A stretch of 64,000 bases of DNA from Myxococcota bacterium (GCA_052034585.1 JBPOIJ010000034.1:19797-83796); one strand, 5' to 3'. Numbered from the stretch's first letter, positions 18,423 through 28,020 are shown. Program-made: numbers and translations. The notes: generated from the sequence alone by a model not told the origin.

Positions 18423-19106
18423 TTATTTCTTCCGCGCCACGACGACTCGCGGCGCACCTTCGTGATTGTTGGCAAACCTGACGTCTTCGTAGGCCTTCGC
18501 GCGCTGGAAGAGCGCCGACATCTGCCGCTCCTGCCCCAGCCCGAACTCGAAGAGGAGATACCCGCGCGGCTTGAGCAGGGCGAGCGCTTCTTTGATGACC
18601 CGCTGGTGAATCGACAGCCCATACGGCCCGCCGTCGAAGGCCTCTCGCGGCTCGTGGTCGAGCAGGGTCGCGCTGTCGGCGGCCAGGCGCCCAGTCGAGA
18701 TGTAGGGCGGGTTGCAGACGATGACGTCGATGGACTCGGCGGCGACGTGCGGCGCGAGCGGCGCGAACAGATCGCCCTGGTGCACGCTGACCCGCTCCGA
18801 GAGCCCGAGGTGGGTCACGTTGCGCGACGCCAACTCGAAGCAGCCATCGGTGAGATCGCTCGCGAAGACCCGCGAGGTCGGCACGTGATGCGCGATGGCG
18901 CAGGCGAGGTTCCCCGAGCCGCAGCACACGTCGATGACGACCGGCCGCTCACCGGCCTGGCGAACGAGCGCGACGGCTTCCTTCGCGAGCAGCTCGGTCT
19001 CGCGCCGCGGCACGAGGGCGCCCTTCGAGACGAGCAGCGTCAGCCCCATGAAGCTGTAGGTGCCGCGCTCGTAGACGACCTGCACGTCCGGCTGTTCTTC
19101 GCTCAT
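18423..19106 (-). CDS. HemK/PrmC-like SAM-dependent methyltransferase (NPPY class)
   Basis: Start placed at MSEEQPDVQ (ATGA overlap with the ligase stop). VIDVCCGSGNL SAM motif I and VCNPPY motif IV. The track ORF extends to 19214. Confidence 0.8.
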   Translation of the reverse strand: MSEEQPDVQVVYERGTYSFMGLTLLVSKGALVPRRETELLAKEAVALVRQAGERPVVIDVCCGSGNLACAIAHHVPTSRVFASDLTDGCFELASRNVTHLGLSERVSVHQGDLFAPLAPHVAAESIDVIVCNPPYISTGRLAADSATLLDHEPREAFDGGPYGLSIHQRVIKEALALLKPRGYLLFEFGLGQERQMSALFQRAKAYEDVRFANNHEGAPRVVVARKK

Positions 19107-20734
19107 CGCTCGGCGAGCCCCGTCTTCTTGATCTTCCCCGTCGTCGTCTTCGGCAGCTCGTCGAGGAAGGCGACGTGCTTGGGCACCATGAAGTTCTCGA
19201 GCCGCTTCTGGCACTCCTTCATGATGTCCTTGTCCGTCATGGTGACGCCCTTCTCGAGCACCACGAAGGCCTTCACCGCCTGGCCGAGGATCTCGTCGGG
19301 CACGCCCACCACCGCGACCTCCTTCACCCCGGGGATGTTGGTGATGGCGCCTTCGACTTCCTTCGGGGCGACCTTCTCACCGCGCGACTTGATGATGTCG
19401 TCGGAGCGGCCCACGAAATAGAGGTAGCCCTCTTCGTCGAGGCGGCAGAGGTCGCCGGTGTGCAGCACGAACTCGCCCGGCACCGGCCCTGGCTTGAGCT
19501 TCTCGGCCGTCGCTTCCGGCTTCTCCCAGTAGCCCTTCATCACCGTGGCGCCGCGAATGACGAGCTGCCCCGTCACGTTCGGGCCGACCTTCTGGCCGTT
19601 CTCGTCCACGATCCACAGCTCGGTGTCGGGGATCGCGAGGCCGACGCTGGTCGGCTTCCGGTCGATGTCCTTCGGAGGCAGATATGTACAGCGTTTGCAC
19701 TCCGTCAAACCATACATCGAATAGATGCGCGCCGTCGGGAAGAGCTCGCGCAACATGGTGATGTGTTTGACCGGCAGCGCGGCGGCCGTGTTGGTGACGA
19801 AGGCGATCGACGAGAGGTCGAAGTCCTTCAGGTTCTTCATCTCGGCGAGCACCGCGTAGATGGTGGGCACGCCGGGAAAGCCGCTCACCTTCTCTTCCGC
19901 CATCACCTTCAGCACTTGGGCGGGGAAGGCGAAGCTGCGCTCGAGCACCAGCCGGCCGCCGACGCGGAACGTCATGATGAGCTGGTACAGCCCATAGTCG
20001 AACGCGAGCGGGAGCACCCCGAGCACCACGTCGTGCTCCTTCATCTCCAGGTACGTCGAGATGCTGGTGCCCGCGGTGAGCATGTTGCGATGGGTCAACA
20101 TCACGCCCTTCGGGTCGCCGGTGCTGCCCGAGGTGTAGATGATGGCGGCGAGGTCGTTGTCGATGCAGCGGCGGCCCGGCGGGCCGTGCTTCACGTGGGC
20201 GAAGTTGGCGCCCTTCTCGGCGGCAGCGGCTCCCCGGCCGATCGCGCTCGACCAGGCCTCGGGGTTCTTCACCGCGCCGAGCTTGGCCGCGTCGAAGGCG
20301 CCGCTGACGATGGTGCGCACGAGGTGCGGCGTCTTCGGCGCGCATTCGTTGAACACGGCCCCGAGGTGCATGTCGCTGATGAGCACCTTCGCGCGGCAAT
20401 CATTCAAGTAATAGGTGAGCTTGTCGGCCTTGGTGAGCGGGTTGATGATGCTGACGATCGCGTTGGCCTTGAGCACCGCCCAGAAGCTGACGACGGTCTC
20501 GACGGTGTTGTCGGCGAAGATGACGACGCGGTCGCTCCGCTCGACGCCCGACTCGACCAGCGCGTGAGCCAGCGCGTTGGCCTGACGGTCGATCTCTCCG
20601 TAGGTGACTCGAGTGCCCTTGCACACGAGCGCGACCTTCTCGGGCAACCGGGCGGCGGTCGTCTCGAGGAAGTCGTGGAGCAACGGGGTGGCGAGGCGGT
20701 GGAGCGCAGGGGGCGGAGCGAACGTCGTGGTCAT
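19103..20734 (-). CDS. AMP-dependent synthetase/ligase (acyl- or aminoacyl-adenylating)
   Basis: 543 aa. IIYTSGSTGDPKGV (A3), YGLTE, TGDL and KTTTGKIKK (A10) core motifs. Confidence 0.9.
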   Translation of the reverse strand: MTTTFAPPPALHRLATPLLHDFLETTAARLPEKVALVCKGTRVTYGEIDRQANALAHALVESGVERSDRVVIFADNTVETVVSFWAVLKANAIVSIINPLTKADKLTYYLNDCRAKVLISDMHLGAVFNECAPKTPHLVRTIVSGAFDAAKLGAVKNPEAWSSAIGRGAAAAEKGANFAHVKHGPPGRRCIDNDLAAIIYTSGSTGDPKGVMLTHRNMLTAGTSISTYLEMKEHDVVLGVLPLAFDYGLYQLIMTFRVGGRLVLERSFAFPAQVLKVMAEEKVSGFPGVPTIYAVLAEMKNLKDFDLSSIAFVTNTAAALPVKHITMLRELFPTARIYSMYGLTECKRCTYLPPKDIDRKPTSVGLAIPDTELWIVDENGQKVGPNVTGQLVIRGATVMKGYWEKPEATAEKLKPGPVPGEFVLHTGDLCRLDEEGYLYFVGRSDDIIKSRGEKVAPKEVEGAITNIPGVKEVAVVGVPDEILGQAVKAFVVLEKGVTMTDKDIMKECQKRLENFMVPKHVAFLDELPKTTTGKIKKTGLAER

Positions 20735-20759
20735 GCGGGTTCCTCGAGGAGAGCGAGCG

Positions 20760-21758
20760 TCAGAGCTCGTGCGTTTCGTGGAAGATGGGTTCGACCAACA
20801 GCGGCGGCAGGTGGCCGTAGCGGGTCGCGCGGCGCTTGGAGGCGATGTCCTTGAAGACGCGCTCCACCTGGTCGGGCTTGAGGCCGATGGTGGCAGCGAC
20901 CTCCGCGGCCGGCACCTGGTGGTTCACCGCCCAGAGGCAGAGGTCCATGCGGTCGTACGGCAACGCGAAGTAGAACTCTTCCTGCGTCTGCGGCAGCGAG
21001 TAGGTGTCGGTGGTGGGCGGGCGGGAGCGGATCTCGGCGGGCACTCCGAGCGTCTCGGCGAGCGCGTAGACCTGCGTCTTGTACAGATGTGCAATCGGCT
21101 TGATGTCGGCGGTGCCGTCACCCTGCTTCACGAAGAAGCCCTGGTCGTACTCGAGGCGGTTCGGCGTGCCCACCACGGCGTAGTTGAGCCGGTCGGCGTG
21201 GTAGTACTCGACCATCTTTCGCACGCGCTGCTTGTAGTTCGTCGCCGCCACCAACTGCAGATACGAGGTGAGCGGCATGCGGGCGGTCTCGAGCTCGCCC
21301 GTCGGAGACTGCACGGTGAGCGAGAACACGTTGAGCCGATCGGAGTCGACGAGCGACGGCAGGGTGATCTTCGACTTCCAGCCCTTGCCGTACTTGGGGA
21401 ACACCTCGCGAATCGCCTCGTCCTGGCGCGCGTAGCAGCCGGCGCCTTCGAGCGCCGACGCGATGGACTCGGTGATGGCCTGAATGCCCAGCGACTTGGC
21501 GAGCAGCTGGCCGAGCTCGAGCGACTCCGAGGCCGAGTGGTGTTCGGGCATGAAGACCCCGAAGACCTTGTCGGGCCCGAGCGCCTTGACCGCGAGCGCC
21601 GCGCAGACCGACGAGTCGATTCCCCCCGACAGGCCGATCACCACGCCCCGCTTCTTCAGCGTTCCCATCACGCTCGCCTTGAACCAGGCGGTGATGCGGG
21701 CGACCTCGGCGGGGCGATCGAGGTTCAGCACGTCTTTCGAGAAGGGCATCACGCCCAT
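20760..21758 (-). CDS. NadE-family PP-loop ATP pyrophosphatase (NAD synthase-like)
   Basis: VIGLSGGIDSSVCAALA PP-loop and GTPNRLEYDQGFFVKQGDGTADIKPIAHLYKTQVY NadE core. Start uncertain: ATG 21758, ATG 21749 or GTG 21785. Confidence 0.8.
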   Translation of the reverse strand: MGVMPFSKDVLNLDRPAEVARITAWFKASVMGTLKKRGVVIGLSGGIDSSVCAALAVKALGPDKVFGVFMPEHHSASESLELGQLLAKSLGIQAITESIASALEGAGCYARQDEAIREVFPKYGKGWKSKITLPSLVDSDRLNVFSLTVQSPTGELETARMPLTSYLQLVAATNYKQRVRKMVEYYHADRLNYAVVGTPNRLEYDQGFFVKQGDGTADIKPIAHLYKTQVYALAETLGVPAEIRSRPPTTDTYSLPQTQEEFYFALPYDRMDLCLWAVNHQVPAAEVAATIGLKPDQVERVFKDIASKRRATRYGHLPPLLVEPIFHETHEL

Positions 21759-21825
21759 GTTCGCCCGAGTGCCCAACCAACGCACGAGGTTTCACTGACG
21801 GCGGACGACCTGCTCAGCGACCGCC

Positions 21826-22734
21826 TCAGCGCACCTCGGCGATGGCCTTCTCGCTCAGCTGCCACACCGTCTCGACGAGCTGCGCGTCTTCCCCCGCCTT
21901 GCTCGGCGGCGTGACGGCGCAATCGGCGAGGTACGCCCCCGACTGCCCTGTCAGCGACGGCGAGGTGGCTGCGAAGACCGAGGTCGCCGCGCCCTGAGGC
22001 ACGCTCTTCATGAAGAGCCCGCCGACCGCGCGGAAGATGACGCCCTGGAGCCCCATGCTCCGGCTCAGGTTCGTGTTGATGACGCCGGGGTGAATCGAGA
22101 ACGCCTCCACGCCCTTCGGCAGCCGCTTCGCGAGGCCCTTCACGAAGAGCACGTTGGCGAGCTTCGAATCTCCATAGGCGTCGAACGGCGAGTACGCGGT
22201 CGGCTTCTTCTCGAGCGCCGCGATGAGCCGTCGACCGTCACCGCGGGCGTGGAGCGTGCTCGAGAGGGTCACGATGCGCGCGGGCGCAGACCTCTCGAGC
22301 ACCGGCAACAACGCGGTGGTGAGCGCGAAGTGCCCCAGGTGGTTGGTGCCGACCTGCAGCTCGAAGCCCTGCGAGGTCTGCCCCTGCGGCGTCGCCATGA
22401 TGCCCGCGTTGTTCACCAGCAGCTGGAGCGGCTTGCCCGAGTCCACCCAGCGCTTCGCGAAGGCGCGCACCGAGGCGAGGTCACCCAAGTCGAGCGCCTC
22501 GACGCTCAGCCTCCCGGCGGTGGGTGGGAGCTGGGTTCGAAGCTGGGCGGCGACCTCTTCGCCGGACTTCACGTTGCGCACCGCGAGGGTGACGTCGGCT
22601 CCAGCGAGGGCGAGCACGCGGGCGGTCTCGATGCCGATGCCGGAAGACGCGCCGGTGACGATGGCCGTCTTGCCAGTGAGCGACTGGCCCTGCAGCGCCT
22701 GCTCTGCGGTGGTCTTCTTTCCGAGGGAGGTCAT
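21826..22734 (-). CDS. short-chain dehydrogenase/reductase
   Basis: 302 aa from MTSLGKK. TGASSGIG cofactor motif, NNAG, and YxxxK (YGDSK). The track ORF of 670 aa is over-extended upstream. Confidence 0.9.
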   Translation of the reverse strand: MTSLGKKTTAEQALQGQSLTGKTAIVTGASSGIGIETARVLALAGADVTLAVRNVKSGEEVAAQLRTQLPPTAGRLSVEALDLGDLASVRAFAKRWVDSGKPLQLLVNNAGIMATPQGQTSQGFELQVGTNHLGHFALTTALLPVLERSAPARIVTLSSTLHARGDGRRLIAALEKKPTAYSPFDAYGDSKLANVLFVKGLAKRLPKGVEAFSIHPGVINTNLSRSMGLQGVIFRAVGGLFMKSVPQGAATSVFAATSPSLTGQSGAYLADCAVTPPSKAGEDAQLVETVWQLSEKAIAEVR

Positions 22735-22779
22735 GCGCGCCACTGTGCAGAGGCCGACGCGGCGACACCATGAAGAAGT

Positions 22780-23781
22780 GTGAACGGCCGGCGCACACCG
22801 CTCGTTGACGAGGCCGACCCTCTCCACGCTACCGTGCCGTCGGTGCAGCGCGAACGGGAGCCAGCGAGCGCGACGACGACCGAGCTGTCCGAGGCGGTCT
22901 CGGTGCTCGACGGCGTGTGGCGCGAAGAGGAGGACGTACGACCTGCGGTCGCCTCGGTGCTGAGCGCAGGCGCCGACCCTCGACCGTTCTTCGCGTCGGT
23001 GCTCGCGAAGCTCGGAGACCCGACCTTCGGCAGCGAGTCTCTGGGCGGTCGAACCCGGCGCTCGGTCTATGTCGAAGCGGTGCTCGTGGGCGGCTACCCG
23101 TGGGCGCTCGAGCTCGAGCCGACCGACGTCGCGCAGGTGCGCCAACAGGTGCAGCGGCGGTCGTCGAGGCGAAGCCCAAACCCCGTGCTGGTCGCCGCCC
23201 TCGTGCTGGTCGCGGGGGTCGCGGCGACGTTCTGGCGCGCGAATCGCACCACGCCAGTCGCCAGTGAGGTCGTCGCCCCGAACGGCCTGGTCGTGCCGCG
23301 CGCGGTTCCGACGAAGGTGATCACCCCCGAGCTCGACGTGCCGACGGCCAAGCGCAGCGTCGAGGAGACGGCCGAGGCGATGCGTGAGCGGCTCGAGACG
23401 GGCGACCTGGCGGGGGCCAAGCTGCTCGGTGAGGCCTGCGTGCTCTCCTTCAACTCGAGCCAGGCCTGCATGGTGATGTTGGCGGCGACGGAGGAGCGGC
23501 TGAGCCGCGAGAACAACCTCCCGACCCCCGAGCTGACGGCGGCTCGACGGTGGTACGCGCTCTCCTCGCGCACCGACGTCTTCCGGCGGACGATCGACGC
23601 CCGCTCCAACTGCACCTCGAGGCTCGCCGCCGACTGGCAGCGACTCATCGTCGAGGTTCCCGATCCCCACGGGTTGCTCCACCGGCTCCGAGAGGCCGCG
23701 CGCGCCTCGTGCATTCCAACGGAGCCGAGCTGCGACTCGCTGGTGAAGTACTTCTTCGAGGCGCGTGGCTCCGTGCCCTGA
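22780..23781 (+). CDS. hypothetical single-pass membrane protein
   Basis: 333 aa with one TM (PVLVAALVLVAGVAATFW) and coding-like GC3. No recognisable domain. Confidence 0.45.
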   Translation: MNGRRTPLVDEADPLHATVPSVQREREPASATTTELSEAVSVLDGVWREEEDVRPAVASVLSAGADPRPFFASVLAKLGDPTFGSESLGGRTRRSVYVEAVLVGGYPWALELEPTDVAQVRQQVQRRSSRRSPNPVLVAALVLVAGVAATFWRANRTTPVASEVVAPNGLVVPRAVPTKVITPELDVPTAKRSVEETAEAMRERLETGDLAGAKLLGEACVLSFNSSQACMVMLAATEERLSRENNLPTPELTAARRWYALSSRTDVFRRTIDARSNCTSRLAADWQRLIVEVPDPHGLLHRLREAARASCIPTEPSCDSLVKYFFEARGSVP

Positions 23782-23782
23782 G

Positions 23783-24904
23783 TCAGCGATCGGGCCAGCC
23801 GTTCCAGGGGAGCGGTGGGTCCTTCGCGTCGAGCGCACCGAAGAAAGCCAGGAGCGAGTTCACGTCCTCCGCGGACAGTGCGGGCGCGCCGGCGTGCGCG
23901 TGACCGGTGATGGCGTCGGCGAGCGAGCCAAACCGCCCGTCGTGGCCCCACGGCCCGGTGCGCAGCACGTTCCGCAAGGTCGGGGTTCGATAGGCGCCTT
24001 CGTCCTCCGGCGAGGGCATCGGAACGCTCGGGCCTGCGAAGGGGGAAGCTCTCAGGGTCGCGAGGGCCTCCTTCCGGGCTCGTGGAGGCGAGTCGACCCA
24101 GCCGATCGCGTGAAAGGCGTCGTCAGAGAAAAGCCAGGTCGAGTGACACGCGGCGCAGGCGCTCGTGAGGAAGGTGTCCAAACCCTTTCGCTCAGCCGAG
24201 GACAAGGCACGGAAGTCGCCGTCGGCGAACGCGTCGAAGCGGCCTCTGCCGAACGCCAGCTTCCGTTCGTATGCCTCGAGCGCCCTTCCCACGTTGGCGA
24301 CGACGCGGTTGATTGCGGCTCGATCGGGCTCCGTCATCGCCTCGTAAGCGCCATCGCCAGGGCGCCCGCGGGCGGGAAACCGGCTCAGATCGTCGAGGGG
24401 TGGCATCGTTCCGAACAGCCCTTCGTATCGCTCGCGGTAGGAGTCGAAGACGCGGTGGGCGAGCTCGAGCCGGGTGAAGTCCATCTCCTTGGGATTCTCG
24501 AACGCGAGAAGGGGCTGCGACCACAGAGAGTCGGCGCGTCCGTCCCACATCTGCCAGTGATGCCAGGCCGCGGCGTAGAGGGACGGCGAGTTGCGATCGA
24601 CCTGCTCGAGCCCCACTGAACTGGGCCGGAGATCCGCGAACATCTTCTCGGGGAGGTGACAGCTCGCGCACCGCACGGTCCCGTCTCTCGAGAGCCGTGC
24701 GTCAAAGAACAACTCGAAGCCCATCAGGGCGGCGCGCTCGTCGTCAGCCACCTCGTTGTTCGAGGTTGGCAGGGTCGCGCTCGTTTGCTGGAGCGAGCCG
24801 AGGCCAAGGCACTCGTTGGCCGTGCGGCCGGGGGCCTGGTCGCACGGAGGCAAACACCCGCCGAGCACTGACGCCAAGGCGGCGCGGCTGAACACGCGAA
24901 GCAT
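23783..24904 (-). CDS. di-haem cytochrome c peroxidase / MauG family
   Basis: Two CxxCH haem motifs (CASCH, CAACH) with CCP-like spacing. Start re-placed at MLRVFSRAALASVLGGC (signal/lipobox). Confidence 0.9.
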   Translation of the reverse strand: MLRVFSRAALASVLGGCLPPCDQAPGRTANECLGLGSLQQTSATLPTSNNEVADDERAALMGFELFFDARLSRDGTVRCASCHLPEKMFADLRPSSVGLEQVDRNSPSLYAAAWHHWQMWDGRADSLWSQPLLAFENPKEMDFTRLELAHRVFDSYRERYEGLFGTMPPLDDLSRFPARGRPGDGAYEAMTEPDRAAINRVVANVGRALEAYERKLAFGRGRFDAFADGDFRALSSAERKGLDTFLTSACAACHSTWLFSDDAFHAIGWVDSPPRARKEALATLRASPFAGPSVPMPSPEDEGAYRTPTLRNVLRTGPWGHDGRFGSLADAITGHAHAGAPALSAEDVNSLLAFFGALDAKDPPLPWNGWPDR

Positions 24905-24983
24905 GAGGCCGTCTTGCTCCTCTCGGGGCCGTCGCCGCAAGGGTCGTTTCAAAATCAGGCGAGGGTGCCCCCACTCAGAGGGC

Positions 24984-25691
24984 ATGACTGCTTCGCTTCG
25001 ACGCCCGTTCCTCGTGCTCTCCCTCCTGCTCGGCCTGGCTTCCGGCTGCGCGCACCAGACGTATTCCAACAAGATCCAGCCCTACGGAGACTCCAGCGCC
25101 ATCGGCGAGTTCGCCAAGCTCTCGGCGCGCTCCAACGAGATGGACGTCGAGGAGGCGGCGCACATCAAGGTGCTCGTCAACCAACTCCCCGAGGGCATGA
25201 CGACGAAGGACGGCGAGCTCTCGTACGACCGAGACCGCTACAGCGTGGTCGCCGAAGTGAAAGTGACCGACGACCCCAGCTACATCGGGCTGTGGTTCGA
25301 GAAGTACGACGACCACGAGAAGTGGAAGAGCGGGTACTGCAACGCGCAGGTGCCGCTCAACTGGATCACGCTCTACACGTGGCCGATCCTCCCGTTCTAC
25401 TGGCCGTGCTGGAAGGGCGGCCTCAAGGAAGAAGACCGGCTCGAGCACATGGTCGCGCGGATTCGAACCGCCGCCGTCGTGCTCGGCGCCAACCTCATCG
25501 TCGCCGTTCCCGGCTCCACCAGCCTCGTCGAACGGAGCACGCGGCGAGTGGTGTCGACCGCCGACATGACGCACCTGATGGGCCTCATCATCAAGGACAA
25601 CGGGCCGGGAGCCGCGCCAAAGAAGTCTCCCAGCACCGCCATCCGCGAGGTGACCGAGGCACACCCACCGAGCCGTGGAGTCAGCGACTGA
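24984..25691 (+). CDS. hypothetical lipoprotein
   Basis: Start re-placed at ATG 24984 (MTASLRRPFLVLSLLLGLASGC lipobox). 235 aa. Confidence 0.6.
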   Translation: MTASLRRPFLVLSLLLGLASGCAHQTYSNKIQPYGDSSAIGEFAKLSARSNEMDVEEAAHIKVLVNQLPEGMTTKDGELSYDRDRYSVVAEVKVTDDPSYIGLWFEKYDDHEKWKSGYCNAQVPLNWITLYTWPILPFYWPCWKGGLKEEDRLEHMVARIRTAAVVLGANLIVAVPGSTSLVERSTRRVVSTADMTHLMGLIIKDNGPGAAPKKSPSTAIREVTEAHPPSRGVSD

Positions 25692-25694
25692 GGC

Positions 25695-26216
25695 GTGCGC
25701 GCGCACGAGGGCTACAGTGACGTCGTGACCTCTGCTGCTGGCGGCTTCCAAAGAAGCTGGTTGAGCATCGCGTTGATCGCGACCCCTGCCTGGGCGCACA
25801 TGGGCCCGGGCCTGGACACCGGAGACCTCGTCGTACTCGCCGTCATCGGCATCGGCATCGCGAGCCTCGTGCAGGGAGCGCTCACCTGGCTGGTCGCGAG
25901 GAACACCTTCAGCACGCCACGGCTCTTCCTCCGGTCGTGGGGCTTCTCCGCGTTGCTCGACATCGCGGCCGTCCTCGCGCTCGTGCTCACCGACGCGCTC
26001 GAGCTCGACGCACGCCTCTTCGGCAACCGCGGCCCGCCTGCGTTGGTGCTCGTGACGCCGGTGTTGATGGCAGTGTCATGGCTCGCGTGGCCGCTGCTCG
26101 CTCCAGCTTCGAGCGCTCGTTCACGGCTCTTCGGGAGCCAGCTCCTGGTGTTCACCACCCTCGGCACCTACGTGGTGGTGATGCTCCTCCTCGGCTTCAA
26201 CCCGTTCGCGTCCTGA
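25695..26216 (+). CDS. hypothetical polytopic membrane protein
   Basis: 173 aa with 4-5 hydrophobic segments. Begins 3 nt after the preceding gene. Start uncertain. Confidence 0.4.
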   Translation: MRAHEGYSDVVTSAAGGFQRSWLSIALIATPAWAHMGPGLDTGDLVVLAVIGIGIASLVQGALTWLVARNTFSTPRLFLRSWGFSALLDIAAVLALVLTDALELDARLFGNRGPPALVLVTPVLMAVSWLAWPLLAPASSARSRLFGSQLLVFTTLGTYVVVMLLLGFNPFAS

Positions 26217-26277
26217 CCGGCGCGACTCGGCTCGCCGCCTCTCGACGTGCGTCGCGACCCATGGCACGACCGACTCC

Positions 26278-28020
26278 ATGCAGCGCCTCTTCACTCCGAC
26301 TGAAACTGCCTTCTTCGCCGCGCTCGCCGTCATGGCGTGCACCGGCACCACGGCGCAGACGATGGAGCCACCCCCCACGCCCGACACCCCCATCGACATG
26401 CCCGGCATGCAGCCCGCCGTCGTCGTCGACAAGGCGACCGCACCCGACGCGGAAGACGGCACCGCCTTCGGAGGCCCGAGCGCGCCGCTGATGGAGGGCG
26501 TGCAGGTCGTCCCCAACCGCGACAGCGTCACCATCGTCGTGCCGGCGGTGATGGGCGCCGTCGACTACCGCGTCTTCCGACTCCCCGCGGGAGCGCGCGT
26601 CACCACCGACAACGGCGGCGAGAAGGTCACCGGAACGACCCTGCACTGCGCGGGCTACCGGCAGCACAACGACACGGCGACCGCCTCGCGCGAGCTGTTG
26701 CGCAACATCGACGTCACCGACGTCAGCGCGCCGATGGCCCTCGTCGTCGAAGCCATCGACACTCCCTGTCCCTTCCCCGGGCTCCTCGCGCCGGTGCACG
26801 CGAACCTGAAGATGGGCATCGACGAGGTGCCGGTCGCCGATCGGGTCGACTTCTCGTTCTTCACCGAGGCGGAGGTCGCCGCGAAGTACGGCAGCCTCGT
26901 GCGCAACGGCCACGGCAAGGGCTCCATCCTCGGCGGGCAGGGACCAGTCGCGTCGCCCAAGGTGCTCTCACGCACGACGGTGCGGGTCACTCCACAGGGC
27001 AAGGCGATGCCGCGCACGAAGGACTTCTTCGACGAGTTCGACGGCACCTCGGGGCCGTGGATGGCGATGGGCGCCGTCGATGATGGGAACCGCGCCCACA
27101 AGGACGGCCGGCGCTTCTCGAACCCCAAGTGGGACGTCTCCATCTACAACGACGAAGCCGAGGCGGCGGTGCTCGACGAGGTGCACGGGCTCTTGCGCGT
27201 CACCCTCCCCGACTGGATTCAAGACGTCTTCTCGTCGGTGGTGCTGGTGCCTCGCCGCGTCGCGCGGCTGTCGGACACCGACTATCTCCACCTCACCTTC
27301 GAGGTCGCCTCCAACGCCACCTCGCGGCGCTACTGGTGGGTCGGGGTGTGCGGCGCCTCGGAGGCGGGCAAGACGTTCGACGCCAACGGCCACTTCGCCG
27401 GCAAGCTCGTGCAGACGCCGTTCTTCTACCAAGACGACGGCTACAACCCCTCGCTCGAGAAGTGGAACTGCCTGCAGTTCTTCCCGCGTGACGGCTCGCC
27501 CTTCGACATCGCCGGCGCCTCGCGCTCCGAGTCCGACGTGCGGGTGATGCTGAACCGGCCCGACGCCGGAGAGCGCGACAGCGTGGTGAACCTCTCGCCC
27601 GCGCAGTACCCGGCGAGCAGCGCCAAGCCGAGCTGGTTCCGCATGCAGAACGCCACCGGCACCCTGGGCGCCGGCATTCTCGACGACCAGATGTTGATTG
27701 CCCCGCGCACCCGCTTCGACGCCTGGGTGCGGCGCGATCGCCTGGTGCTCTACGTCAACGGCCAGCAGCGGCTCTGCAACGACTTCGGCCCGCACCGGCT
27801 GACGATGGCCGAGGGCGCGGTGGCCTTCGGGCAGGTGCTCTATCACTCCGCCGCCGAGCGCCTCGAGTTCTCGCGCAGCTTCAACGACCGCACCGGCCAG
27901 CGCTTCTACCTGGAGAACGCGCCCTACGCGGACGAGCGCGAGTGGGACAACCTCGGCTACGAGGAAGGCGTCGGCGCTCCGGCTGGCTTCGACGCGAGCC
28001 AGTGCTACGTGGCGAAGTGA
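26278..28020 (+). CDS. secreted lipoprotein of unknown function (580 aa)
   Basis: Lipobox AVMAC and a Pro-rich linker. The stop overlaps the start of the downstream acetyltransferase (TGATG). Confidence 0.7.
   Translation: MQRLFTPTETAFFAALAVMACTGTTAQTMEPPPTPDTPIDMPGMQPAVVVDKATAPDAEDGTAFGGPSAPLMEGVQVVPNRDSVTIVVPAVMGAVDYRVFRLPAGARVTTDNGGEKVTGTTLHCAGYRQHNDTATASRELLRNIDVTDVSAPMALVVEAIDTPCPFPGLLAPVHANLKMGIDEVPVADRVDFSFFTEAEVAAKYGSLVRNGHGKGSILGGQGPVASPKVLSRTTVRVTPQGKAMPRTKDFFDEFDGTSGPWMAMGAVDDGNRAHKDGRRFSNPKWDVSIYNDEAEAAVLDEVHGLLRVTLPDWIQDVFSSVVLVPRRVARLSDTDYLHLTFEVASNATSRRYWWVGVCGASEAGKTFDANGHFAGKLVQTPFFYQDDGYNPSLEKWNCLQFFPRDGSPFDIAGASRSESDVRVMLNRPDAGERDSVVNLSPAQYPASSAKPSWFRMQNATGTLGAGILDDQMLIAPRTRFDAWVRRDRLVLYVNGQQRLCNDFGPHRLTMAEGAVAFGQVLYHSAAERLEFSRSFNDRTGQRFYLENAPYADEREWDNLGYEEGVGAPAGFDASQCYVAK

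Noticed and set aside
21826-23838. Over-long track ORFs: 21826..23838 (670 aa), 57280..59742 (820 aa), 56584..60153 (1189 aa), 30587..31636, 12060..13598, 54356..55393, 23783..25072, 52542..54437 and 37283..38965.
   Set aside because: Only the portion beginning at an internal Met or Val with a signal peptide, lipobox or family N-terminus looks like protein. The upstream extensions overlap neighbouring genes and are Arg-rich nonsense. Starts were re-placed accordingly.
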